This document shows positions 1 to 13,900 of a DNA stretch of 59,029 bases, one piece after another. Under the pieces are notes generated by a model. It was not told where the DNA came from and did no database searches. It worked only from the letters and a program-made list of their open reading frames with translations. Origin of the DNA: Tubiluchus corallicola (taxonomy: Eukaryota > Animalia > Priapulida); NCBI GenBank assembly GCA_030141605.1, contig JAQGDQ010001155.1:1-59029 (forward strand). The letters run 5' to 3'. Both the position numbers and the translations under genes were made by a program. Numbering within the stretch: position 1 is the first letter of the stretch; the number at the start of each line of letters is the position of its first letter.

Positions 1-34
1 ATCAAAAATTCTGCAAGTTTAATGCCCTCAAACA

Positions 35-1765
35 TTAACTATACTGTAAATGTGTACATAAACGTAACTATGCTGTAAATGTTTTATAAACGTAACCACT
101 GTAAAAGTGTACATAAACGTAACTATGCACTGTAAAAGTGTCATAAACGTAACTTCACTGAAAGTGTACATAAACGTAACTATGCACTGTAAAAGTGTAC
201 ATAAACGTAACTATGCACTGTAAAAGTGTACATAAACGTAACTATGCACTGTAAAAGTGTACATAAACGTAACTATGCACTGTAAAAGTGTACATAAACG
301 TAACTATGCACTGTAAAAGTGTACATAAACGTAACTATGCACTGTAAATGTGTACATAAACGTAACTATGCACTGTAAATGTGTACATAAACGTAACTAT
401 GCACTGTAAATGTGTACATAAACGTAACTATGCACTGTAAATGTGTACATAAACGTAACTATGCACTGTAAATGTGTACATAAACGTAACTATGCACTGT
501 AAAAGTGTACATAAACGTAACTATGCACTGTAAAAGTGTACATAAACGTAACTATGCACTGTAAAAGTGTACATAAACGTAACTATGCACTGTAAAAGTG
601 TACATAAACGTAACTATGCACTGTAAAAGTGTACATAAACGTAACTATGCACTGTAAAAGTGTACATAAACGTAACTATGCACTGTAAAAGTGTACATAA
701 ACGTAACTATGCACTGTAAAAGTGTACATAAACGTAATATGCACTGTAAGTGTACATAAACGTAACTATGCACTGTAAAATGTACATAAACGTAACTATG
801 CACTGTAAAGTGTACATAAACGTAACTATCACTGTAAAAGTGTACATAAACGTAACTATGCACTGTAAAAGTGTACATAAACGTACTATACTGTAAAGTG
901 TACATAAACGTAACTATGCACTGTAAAAGTGTACATAAACGTAACTATGCACTGTAAAAGTGTACATAAACGTAACTATGCACTGTAAAAGTGTACATAA
1001 ACGTAACTATGCACTGTAAAAGTGTACATAAACGTAACTATGCACTGTAAAAGTGTACATAAACGTAACTATGCACTGTAAAAGTGTACATAAACGTAAC
1101 TATGCACTGTAAAAGTGTACATAAACGTAACTATGCACTGTAAAAGTGTACATAAACGTAACTATGCACTGTAAAAGTGTACATAAACGTAACTATGCAC
1201 TGTAAAAGTGTACATAAACGTAACTATGCACTGTAAAAGTGTACATAAACGTAACTATGCACTGTAAAAGTGTACATAAACGTAACTATGCACTGTAAAA
1301 GTGTACATAAACGTAACTATGCACTGTAAAAGTGTACATAAACGTAACTATGCACTGTAAAAGTGTACATAAACGTAACTATGCACTGTAAAAGTGTACA
1401 TAAACGTAACTATGCACTGTAAAAGTGTACATAAACGTAACTATGCACTGTAAAAGTGTACATAAACGTAACTATGCACTGTAAAAGTGTACATAAACGT
1501 AACTATGCACTGTAAAAGTGTACATAAACGTAACTATGCACTGTAAAAGTGTACATAAACGTAACTATGCACTGTAAAAGTGTACATAAACGTAACTATG
1601 CACTGTAAAAGTGTACATAAACGTAACTATGCACTGTAAAAGTGTACATAAACGTAACTATACACTGTAAAAGTGTACATAAACGTAACGATGCACTGTA
1701 AAAGTGTACATAAACGTAACTATACACTGTAAAAGTGTACATAAACGTAACTATACACTGTGAAA
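35..1765. repeat. 31-bp tandem satellite (GTACATAAACGTAACTATGCACTGTAAAAGT), ~55 copies
   Basis: Period of 31 read directly. Degenerate edges. Confidence 0.97.
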
Positions 1766-2529
1766 GATTAACTTAAACTCATTCAGAAAACACGTAATAC
1801 TCGATCTAACTTTAAAAACGTTTGCACAACTTTGCCTGTGTTTAAATGAGCAGCATATCTATTTTCGACATGTGTTTGAGTTTTAGCCAGTGACGTGAAA
1901 ACTTCCAACGTGGCTTCTGGCATGCTGCTCAATGCTGCAGTGTTTAACTGTGCAACTGGTTTCAGTCATTTTGTTGAAGTCATTTTGAATTCATTAATTC
2001 CTAAATAATTGTTGACAGCACATTGTTAACTGAAGACAATTTTTACCAGAATGCTTGTGTTGTTGTTAAATTTGAAGTGCAGAGTATGTTTAATCTACAG
2101 ATCTGTGAGAATTCAAAGAACTTTGGATATTTCTGTTGTTCATTGTTGTTTTGATAAAACTGAAAAACTGTGATAATTGTGTTGTGTGTATAGTATAATT
2201 GGAAGACTTGGATTATCGTTGTGGCTATTTGTAACGAGTTTGAAAAGATCTTGCTAACATTAGGTGCATACAGACTAAGTGAAATGACAACGTGTTACTT
2301 TCGATACCGTGTAAACAATAATTTTGTGATGCCGTGTGACAGGGCATTTTCATTCCTTACGTCACGTGACTTACACATATCTGGCTTTAACAGAAAACTA
2401 AACATTAAGTAGCTAAAGCATACATAATTGTTACTATAGAGATTTCTGGTTGGTTTGTGGTGTCTGAATTTGCTCAATTCACGTTTTGTTGCTAATAATA
2501 CTTGAAAGAAGTGATGACAACATAACTAG

Positions 2530-2580
2530 ATGGCAGCAGCTACTGTTCGTTGTAAGATATACAGCAAATGCATTGCAAAA
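2530..2580 (+). CDS. Possible first coding exon (MAAATVRCKIYSKCIAK)
   Basis: ATG at 2530, 17 codons, phase-0 donor GTAAAT at 2581, compatible with exon 4824. No homology support. Confidence 0.3.
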
Positions 2581-3299
2581 GTAAATGAATTTTTGTTATT
2601 ACACGTATTTGTGGTCTAGGTTTGTGCTGTACAGTTTTGTTTATGGTAATTGTAGATTTTTAAAGTATTTTGATATTTTAAAATACAAGAAAAGGCCTAG
2701 TTAAAGCAAGTCTCAGAAAATTTTCGCTAAAGAATTATAACGGTTAGAGGCAATCTTAAGCGTTTATCATACTCACGTTAAAAGAATTTCCTGTTTGTTT
2801 TCATTTTAAATACTCCCGCGAGACTGTCACGGCGGCACCATATTAGATGGCGTCACAGAACCACAACACAAATCTTTATACTACACGTGCTCAGAACTCA
2901 CTGCGACTGTGTTCGAGTGATGTCATACCACGTGATCAGTCACATGCTAGCTTTTCAAATGGCGGACTAAATGAAACATGTCTGCGCCAACGCTTATTGC
3001 AGCGGTTGAAATATTTTACAAAAAATGGAGTAAATGCGAATACGTGAGTACTTTATTCACTTAACATTATACTTTTTATTGCGAATTTTCTGAGGCTTAC
3101 TTTGGTTGGCCATTTTCTTGTCCTTTAAGTCAAAAATTTGTCATTTTCCTCCAGTTGTGGTACTGTGTTGTAACATGAGGTACATGCTATATTTGACCAC
3201 TTTTCACTCATTTTGCTGCTTTAAATGGGTTGCTTGCATTTCATTCTTTGCCGATACGGAAAGTTGTTGGCAAGTGGTTTGGCCAATATGAGATGCAGT

Positions 3300-4176
3300 T
3301 CTCGTCTATTGTCAGCAAATTTTTAATGAAAGCATAAGATGAACCAGAGGATGATGTAGTTAGGTGTGAAATTCAACTTATTGATCAGCTGCGTAATCTG
3401 GGCCAATACTTTAATCATTTTTTGGCTAATCACATAACAAAAGCTAAATTGTTTTTAAAGATTACAAAAGGTGTAGAAATTGCCCGTAATGATACGTTGA
3501 CGGTCGGTAATTTGGACAACACAAACGTCAAATATAATAAAAATGAAGTGGACAAATACATCAAAGTTTTATGGAGTAGAAAAATACAACATGTAAACCA
3601 GTTGACCGGTAATCCACGAGAGTTAATTCCTGTATTTACAACACCATTAGATATACCAGTCAGTAAATATGACAGATTTATAGAAACAAGTGCGTTAGCT
3701 CTTCTACTTGGAAGAGGTTGCAAATCATTTAAATACAGGATAGGTATAACTGATTCAGATCTGTGTGTTTGCGGTTTGGGCAGTCAAACCCCAGAACATT
3801 TAATTTTTCATTGTCCGTTACCATTGGTTAGACAAGATATAAGAGTGAATCTCGAACGCGGCTTAGAAAATAATGACATTCGAAACATTTACAGAAAGAG
3901 AGACACTAATGTAATTAAAATGTATATAGATATTGTAAAAGAACTAACCCAAAATGATCTTATAGTAAATTGATTATACATTGATTATAAATATTGGATA
4001 TATATTTAGAATAGGTAAATCGTAATGCAAAATTGTCAGCTTGTTTAGTAAGAAATTTATTTAATGTACATAGTGTAAAGACTTATTTAACATTTTTGTA
4101 CTTTTGTGCCCTGCAAATAGAGGGCTTGTTGTATAATTTTCAATAAAGATTTAATAATAATAATAATAATAATAAT
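3300..4176 (+). mobile_element. 5'-truncated non-LTR retrotransposon (LINE) 3' end with CCHC zinc knuckle
   Basis: ORF 3422-3973 contains CVCGLGSQTPEHLIFHCP, typical of the ORF2 C-terminus. AATAAA at 4142 then a (TAA)n tail. Confidence 0.75.
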
Positions 4177-4698
<522 letters not shown>

Positions 4699-4823
4699 TA
4701 AACAATAGAGTGAGAAGCATCATTAACCAAACTGTAAATACCTTCAAATTCCGTTTCTTCATACGCAGTTTGGGAAAAATACATAATGTGAGCGTAACAG
4801 TAAAACATTTTACTCTTTCGTAG

Positions 4824-4970
4824 GTGAAGAAACTCCGGGAATCTGAAAAGAGGCTGAAGCCATTTCGTGATGAGAGCAAAGAAATGCAGTATAAAAACAA
4901 AGAAATGGCTTCGCAATGGAAAATGCAGGAAGAAAGGATAAATAAACTAACCGAAGAAAATTCAAGACTC
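4824..4970 (+). CDS. Exon 1 (traced): [55 protein letters not shown]-like coiled coil
   Basis: ttcgtag acceptor, gtaagt donor, 49 codons. Resembles the recalled JAKMIP segment RETEVQLKPLVEKNKRMNKKNEDLLQSIQRMEEKIKNLTRENVEM. Confidence 0.85.
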
Positions 4971-7900
4971 GTAAGTATTTTTGCAGCAAAAACTTAGATT
5001 AGTTTGAAACAACTTTGAACATTAAAACTTTATTTTTTACTTATTTTAGTTACTTAATATTAATAAACTAACAATTTTTTTTCTGTTTCAGAGAGAAGAA
5101 GGGATGATATGGGAATCGAAGGTGCATAGCTTGGCAGAAGAGTTCAAAACTTCCAGACCATCAAGCTCAGAACAAATAGAGGATATGATAAAAAGACTAG
5201 AACAGCAAACTAAAACAATAACAGCTCTAAGAGAATCTACAGCGGTAAATACACATTTTTGCTTTGCTTTACCAAGTTGTTGTATTTAATATGTAGTTGG
5301 ATAATTTTAATGCAAACTAGAAAATCATTAAGACTTTCGCAGTTTTGTTGTGCGCATGCAAAATTGCTGTAAGTCAAAGGTTAATTATATCACAGCAACG
5401 AGTCTTAACTACAACCGTCACTTGACGTGTGAGTAAAGCAACATCGTATGCCGCATCAGTTCAGTAACCTCAGTTGTTTTACGTGGACTTTACTTAATTA
5501 TGCATTAGTCTGTGTGCAGAGTGATTTACTAGCAGGAACTTGCTTAGGAACTAGAAAAAACGAACTAGGTAAGGTTCAAGCTAGCTGTTAAAACTGTTAC
5601 TATTGCAATAGCATGAGCTGCGAGGCGTTGTCAGGTGTACACAAATGCGTTGGCTGGTATATTTAACCTTTGACCTTTTCACAATCATCATCAATCACTG
5701 GAACTGCAAAAAGCTTTATTGTACGATTCTGTTCATTGGAAAAATGCCAAAATTGTATTGGCTACGTTTGATTTTTAACATTACTATCGTAGTCTGAAAT
5801 TAGGTTGAGATTGTGAATTTAAAGCAACAGAGCGATAACGAATAGTCAATCATAAAACAGTTCTAAGTCAGATAACTTTTTTAGTGAAAGATTTCAACTC
5901 AGTTACCTTTGTCTTTTTATTATAAGCTATTAGGACATTGTAGTTGTTATAGTTGGTTGGCATCCTTCTGTCTCGGAAGACAATGGAATGTGCGCCAAGA
6001 GAGTCAGTTATTGATCACATTGATGGAGCTGCAGCGTCGACTGTGGCTGAGCAGTCCGATCCTTGAACGTCTCCAGGGCGCACGCCTGGGCAAGGTGTAT
6101 GGAGATCCTGAGTTGTCCAGACAACAGGAACCCCCTCTCTTCCTCCCCAGTGTAGTCCAAAGGAAAGCGGAGCGATACGTTTGGCACCAGGTTGGCTGCA
6201 GGAGCTGCCGGAGTCAGTAAGCATGCTGCACTGGTCCACCTTCGGGGCTCCACTCCTGATTTGGAAGGTTTAGTCCTCTTCACATGGCCGTTGTGTCACT
6301 TGACCTCCTCTGCCCTCTAGCCGTTGGCTGCTTGTGCAGCTCCTCCGCCTAGTGTCGAGATACAGTCTCGGCATCCCGCAAGCCTACAGCACCTGGTATT
6401 TCTAGGCGGTCACCCATCCAAGTATCAACCAGGCTCTACGTTGCTTAACTTCGTTGATCAGACGAGAACCGGTGTTTTCAGCGTGATTTGGTCGTATAGT
6501 TGTCATAATCGATATAACGAAATAGTATTTCTAATTCAGGACGTCTTATTGAATGTTAACACTGATCACTGACGACAGCATTGGTGCATTAGGTAAATCA
6601 TGATCAACGTCGTATGCCGTCTAACTTACTAACTTCACGAAATCGGAAATTGCTAATTAACATTAATTTCAAAACGAAAAGTCACGAAACAATTTTTAGC
6701 ATTAAGCGCCCAGCAACCAGGGAGATCTTCGGCTTGCTGAAATTATCGTGCAATGCGCAAGCCAATGGCATGTTAGCGGTAACAGGTGTATTATTGATTT
6801 TATTAATAACCTTGTGATTTACCTAGCATAAAAAGTTACAAAGGTTACATAAGATGTAAGAAAGATGATTTTTCATGTCTCGTTATCAATTTTTTTTCAG
6901 GAGAAGGACAGGAAAATAGAACTGTTACAAGCTAGACAGTGCGTTGCTAAGCAACAAACCACCCAAAAATTGGACGATGATAATGCTCTGCTAGATTCAA
7001 CCTGTTCTCCCTTCTCAGTGAGTGCAGATGATGAATTGTGGGATGAGGTAAACAATGGCAAATTGATAAAGAATGAGTAGAATGGACTAGAAACTGTTTA
7101 TTTGAATTACAATTGTTGACAAGAGAAAATTCATCATTCAATAACTTTTAAATCATCGTTCAATAACTTTTAAATCATCGTTCAATAACTTTGAAAGGAA
7201 AGAACAAGTCGACACGTTGAGTTTTATTTTACTGTTATCACTTAAACTTAGTAAAATATAACAGAGAAGTTTGCCAAAAACATTCTAATATCATATTTGT
7301 GTCCTCAGTGACCTTCAAGTGACATTTAACCTCGGGTCAACAGACAGTTAACTTAAAACAAGCTTGACTGTAAATATTACCATGTAAGGTTATATAGTAC
7401 GCAACTGTTTCATCTTGGCATATTTTTGATTAGAAGTTACCTCAGTTTAACTGTAGTGCTATATATGTAAACTTTACTGCTGCTCAGATATCTGTTTTAT
7501 GCTTAAACGTGGCTTGCAATAAGGGTTCGAGTGTTCGAGTTCGAACGAGTGAGCATCGAGCGTTCGAGTTCGAACATTCGAATCGAATTCGAATGTTCGA
7601 ATTCGATTCGAACGAGATTTTTAAGTTCGAATTCGATTCGAACGAGTTTTTTAAGTTCGAATTCGATTCGAATCTAAAATTATGGATTCGAACAATTCAG
7701 CACTTCAGCCACACACGTTCTTTATAATTAAAACGTTTGAAATGGCATGCAATTAGCACAATTTAGCTGCAGTTTCTGTGTAAAATTTTTAACAAACTAA
7801 TGGCGGTTTTACTGCAGTACAAAATCAAGTAACATGCACGATCTTTGCTAGACCACTTTTTACTAGTGGTTCGAAAACTGCTTCGAAAATCTTTCAAACT

Positions 7901-10900
7901 CAATTCGAATTCGATTCGGATTCGAAATACTGAAATTCGGTTCGATTCGAATTCGAAAGTCACAAATTCGATTCGATTCGAATTCGCTTTCTGGTAGCGA
8001 ATGCTCACCCCTAGCTTGCGACCATAAAAAAGTTAGATTTTGGCATTATTTGTGACGGGCGCTTCTACCCGTCAAGCCGAATTTATGGAGAAGCCTATTG
8101 AGTTTCAAGCTTTAAGACGCAGGAGAATGTTAAGTTTAGTTTTACGTCTTAGCGCGTGTGAGACTACCGAGTCGTAATGGTAGCGTTTTATGTTTCTCTT
8201 AACACGTAAAGTAAGAAAAATAAATGCTGAAGTGTGAACACAGCAAGGCCACCTCGTCGACTGAGACCAATATATTCAAACAGACGTGTTTTTTTAAATC
8301 ATTACAAATATCTTTGGACAAAACAAGACAAAAGATGTAATCCACATGTATCCTTTTTAGAAATAAATCGAAATCTATTTGCAAGCCGTATTGATGCACA
8401 AAATTGACTTTTTCACATTGTTTTGTGGCATTTCGTTGTCATTTTTCCATTGTTTTGTGGCATTTCATTGTCATTTTTCCATTGTTTTGTGGCATTTCAT
8501 TGTCATTTTTCCATTGTTTTGTGGCATTTCGTTGTAATTTTTCCATTGTTTTGTGGCATTTCATTGTAATTTTTCCATTGTTTTGTGGCATTTCATTGTC
8601 ATTTTTCCATTTACTCCATTTATGTTTTCTGTGACCTTTAGCTGACTTTTGACCTCTGGATTTCTGGATTTCCTTTATTGAGACCTATAATTAATTAACT
8701 ATTTCAATTTATGTTAAACTCATTTATCTTGTGGCAAATGAATTGGAGAAAATAAAGATATGCTGAAAAATTATGAGCCTGCCTGGACTTGAACCCGAGA
8801 CCATGGTTATTATTAGTGACTAAAATTCGTGTAATCAAAAACCAGCATTTCTAGAAAAACCCAAATTTTCTCTTGTCACACAATTAATACACTTGTGTCA
8901 ACTGCCTGGAACATTGTTTCAGTTTACAAAGTCGGAATTTGAAGGCAATTATCGGCGGCTGATCCGGGATCATTTATCATTGGAGAAGGGCTATTCCCTG
9001 CTTCAGAGTAAGACAGTCCAGTCAAATAGATACGAAAGTTTGCAGAAACTTCTCGAGGAAACGAAAAAAGAAGTAAAGAGTGAGAGAGAAACGGCTCGTT
9101 TCGAGAAAGAAAAGTCCATAGATTTAGCAGCAAAGGTAAGTATTTGTTTTAGGCAGTTGGCCACTGTGCAAGTTGGAATGAAACCCTTGATGCAAGGTCT
9201 ATGACTTTGATTGTTATGGCTGTCCGAGATTCCAGAATTTAGTCATATGTAGAAAATAGCCTCTAAAGGACAAGAAAAGGGGCACCTGAAGTAGGTTTCG
9301 GAAAAAAAATCGCCTTAAAAAATTATATTACTTTATAGCAATTTTATGCGTATTTCTTACTCGCACTGAAAGGAATTTTAGTTTGTTTTCATTTTAAATC
9401 TCCCGCAATACTGTTCCGATGCCGCCATTACATGACGTCATGTACCAAACGTAAATCAAGGGAAGAAAAGGCAATGTTAAATTATGTCTCAAGACTTTCC
9501 TTGCAAATCTATATTACCTAGATTTTCGCTTACCTGCTTGAAAGACTTATGTAATTAGAAAAGAAAATTATTAATTATTTAAAATATTTTCAAAAATTGG
9601 TAAAATGTCGCTGACTCACCCTCCAGGGTGCACCACTCACTAACCAAAAAAACGTATTTTAATCTTATTGACAAGATACAGTAATTTTAAATTTTATTTA
9701 GTTTGTGACTTGTGCCCTACGAATGTTCTGATTGTTTTTCAGACTTTACAAAATGTTATCTAAATTTGTTTCAAATAATCTGCCGTCAAAATGGCTGCGT
9801 CTAACGTTCATCGCGGGAGTTTAAATTTACATGTTTTATACAGCGTGACTACCGATTGAAGTCCTGCATGCAAAAAGGCAGTATGTAAGTGGTATAAAAT
9901 TTCAAAACGAATTTTTTAAGCTTTAAAGCACAAGAAAACGTTCTTCATGAATAAAGCTTGAAAAATTTGTCGTGACATTTTATAGCACTTGCAGTAACGC
10001 TGTATAAAACGTGTGAATTTAAACTCCCTGGATAACCGTTAGGGGCAGCCATTTTGATGACAGGTCATTTGAAAGAAGTTTAGACAACATTGTGTAAAGT
10101 TTGAAAAAATAATCAAAGCATTCATAGCGCACTCCTTGCTAACTAAATTAAATTACATTATATTGTCAATAAAATTAAAAATACGTTTTTGTGAATCAGT
10201 GGTGCATACTGGGATAGCAATGCATTACCATTTTATCAGGTGGCGCAAAGATTTTAAAATTCTTATTTTCTTTTCTAATTGCACAAGTGTTTCAAAGAGG
10301 TAAACAGGTAACTAACATAATTTTGTGTGGAAAGGTTTTTGAAACATACTTTAAAACTCCCCTTTCTTTCCCTTTAAGGTGAGACGTTGTGCTGATGAGA
10401 GCAGTCTTGCCACATTCGTTTGTTCATGTAAATACATCCCACTTTAACAAGAGAATGTCATAACAGTATATGGCAGACAAAAGTGCCCAGAAGTTTTCCC
10501 TGGCATCACCAATCCATATTTAATCAAGTCTAATATTGCTTCGCTTTTCATCCGTTTTTATACTTTCGTATTTCTGTTTCTATTCACCTCATCGCAGCTT
10601 GAAGAAAGAGTTAAAGAGTTAACTTCGCACATGTTTCTTATGCAGTAGCAGCTCATAGCTAAAATTACTAAAATTTTAGCAATTGTTCTAATACTGTGTA
10701 AAACATAACAAACATATATAATTTTAATGTTGTAATTTGTAATGGTAATTGTAAACAAACAGACACGCGAAAGTTTATACATAAACTCGATAAAATCCTA
10801 AACAAAAAATATTTGCTTTAAGGTTAATTTTACCAGATGTTCACAAAGCTTGGGTTGTCCTAGGCTGGAAACTATACATAGGGCCAGTATAGTTTAAAGT

Positions 10901-13900
10901 TCTCCATACACATAAAATTAGTTTGTGAAACGGATTAGGGTTAGTATTAGGATTAGGATTAGGGTTAGGATTAGGATTAGGGTTAGGATTAGGGTTAGGT
11001 TGCTTTAAGGTTAATGTTAGGATCAGGGTTAGGGTTAGGGTATTTAAATTGTGTGGAGAATCTGCCTATAGAATAACCGGGCTTTGTTGGGCAGTCTACT
11101 ATACTTTTGTCTGGCTTCATATTCAGCCCCAATTCTGACTTTTTACTTTGATTAACCCTTTCATACCCGTTGTATCCCGTGGGATACGAAAATATTTTCT
11201 GCCTTTAAAATTAATAAAATTTTAAAACTGACAGTTATTTGATCTGTTAATAGTTATTTTGATTTAAGCCAATAACTATAGACTAAAAATGGTGATAAAA
11301 TGGCAAACTAGAAAATCTACATAGCATAAAAAACTGTGCAAGGTACAGTGCTCTAGAGACGACTTTGTACAGATCAGCGTAGCATGCATACTAAATGTGT
11401 TAAATACTTTAAAAAATTATCAGCAGTTGCAAAATGAAGCACATTTTTTGCTTTTGTTGTGTTTTTAAAAAAGTCGGACTTTGTTTTTTGCACATGACAA
11501 AGAATGTTGTGTATCCCACAGGATACATTGGGAACAAATGGTTGTAATTCACTTTTATAATAAAAAAATAATTTGGGACTGAAAGGGTTAAGAAGAGTCA
11601 CCTCACTAAACCGAATTGGTTCATTCATAAGTGACTCTGCAAATTGCAATTAAGGTGCTAGGTGAAACATACTTTCCTTATTACAGTTACAAGAGTCGAA
11701 ATCTTCGCTTGCTAAGATGACCGGAAGCTGCGAAGAGGTCACGGAGAAAAACGAACTGCTGGAATTTCGAATTTTTGAACTGGAGAACCAGATAGAAAAA
11801 CTTCAATGTCGTGAACTTTGTGAGAAGTCGGTGAACACTCTAGTCTCTCTTACCTGTTTTCCTGAGGAAACCGAACAGGATGGACAGGTAATGTGCCTCA
11901 TCTGTTTCTGTACTTGTTGTCACGCTACAAGCCGAAGTGCAGCATTCATTTATTAACTAAGATATTTGTGATACCAGAACCTGCGGTATTCCTCTAAGAC
12001 GAGCCACTGAACTAGCAGAGGTGGCTCTGTCGTGTTCGGATGACGTATACATTCCACTTTCTTTAAGGTAAACAGCCAGAATCAGAACGGCAAATAAAAA
12101 AATCATAGAGTGAGTATTGAACCGGTTCAGCCTGACTGACTGACTGACTGACTGACTGACTGACTGATAAGATTTGGTGTCATTCTTAACTTCTTTGTCA
12201 AGCATAACGCCGTGACCACTTGGCTATCCACTCGCCGTTGCTATGGAACAACGTACAGCTTGAGAAATTAGATGTTACTGTTAAAGTACATTCAAGTTAA
12301 ATCATTTTCGTGTACTGGCTTCGCATGTGGTTTCCTTGTAAGGATTCATTGAACTTGTCCTTGTCCTGATGTTGTTTTTAGGGAAGCCAGCTTTATTATT
12401 TTCAGCAAGGAAAGCTTTACAGTCGGGTTTTAATCTGTGCTGCATCTGGCAGGAAAATAAACCGTGGAGGGGCGGATCTAGGCAAGGTTGTTGCTATGTT
12501 ACAACTTCATGCGGAACATATGATCGCTTTTTACCTAAATTAAGTGTTGAACTGAGGATATTTTCGTAAGAATACTTTTTCTGTTATTAATTTGTTTACC
12601 ATTCATTCATTCATTCATTCATTCATTCATTCATTCATTCATTCATTCATTCATTCATTCATTCATTCATTCATTCATTCATTCATTCATTCATTCATTC
12701 ATTCATTCATTCACCCATTCGTTCATTCATTTTGTTCACTCGTTCGTTTCTTTACATGTATTTATCTATTCACTCATTGATTCCTTCATTTATAGATTCA
12801 TTCATTCGTTTATTTATGTTTGTTTATCTATTCACTCACTCACTCACTCACTCACTCACTCACTAACTCACTCACTCACTCACTCACTCACTCACTCACT
12901 CACTCACTCACTCACTCACTCACTCATTCATTCATTCATTCATTCATTCATTCATTCACTCATTCATTCATCAATCCATTCATTCATTCATTCATTCATC
13001 AATCCATTCATTCATTCATTCATTCATCAATCCATTCATTCATTCATTCATTCATTCATTCATCAATCCATTCATTCATTCATTCATTCATTCATTCATT
13101 CATTCATTCATTCATTCATTCATTCATTCGTTTATACATACATTCATTCATTCATTCATTTTGTTCACTCGTTCGTTCGTTTAATCATTCGTTTATTCAT
13201 TCATTCATTCATTCATTCATTCATTCATTCATTCATTCATTCATTCATTCATTCATTCATTCATTCATTCATTCATTACTTGGCTGCTTTGATTTGTTTT
13301 TACCATCGTACAGATATCCTTCTATTTAAGACCCGGGCTACCAGTGCATTCTGCTGCATTTTAGACCATTTTCTCACTATTTCCTTAAGCAAATTCAATA
13401 ATTTAAAACTCATTATGTCACCTCAAACTTTTGACTCTTAATTACACACCAATATAGGCCAGTATACACACTAGTATAGCATATAATTGCGTACAGCGAC
13501 ATCTTTGCCAAAAACTTCAATTATCGCTTAAACGGCACAAACGTTTTTACACTGAAATCATAAATGCAGAACTTGTTACTCGATATAAGTCGATATATTA
13601 AAAGCCACTAAACGTTCTAAAGCTTATAATCCAGAGAAAATATTCACTTGGTGTGCTTCACAACTGCTACTATGAAAGGGTGGGCCCATGCCCCTTGGGC
13701 CCACCCCCCTAAATCCGCCATTGCAACACTGAACGGTAAACTACGCATTCAAAATAGATGGTGTAAATCAGAGTGTCCACTGCTGTGAGCTATAGTCTTA
13801 TACAATTTAAAATGAATTTACAATTGAAAACACAAGCGAGGCTGTAATGTAATGTTACATGAGTAAGTAACACTTTACATTTCACACATTTCAGAGTACT

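Noticed and set aside
6380-6499. Functional 5S rRNA gene
   Set aside because: Single copy, substitutions in conserved positions, no oligo-T terminator, fused to a retroposon body and flanked by a TSD
10934-11040. True telomere or chromosome fusion site
   Set aside because: Short, degenerate, intronic, and duplicated together with its flanks at 44 kb
11957-12205. Nested minus-strand small membrane-protein gene
   Set aside because: The ORF runs through a (CTGA)n microsatellite and a SINE family B copy, with no exon structure
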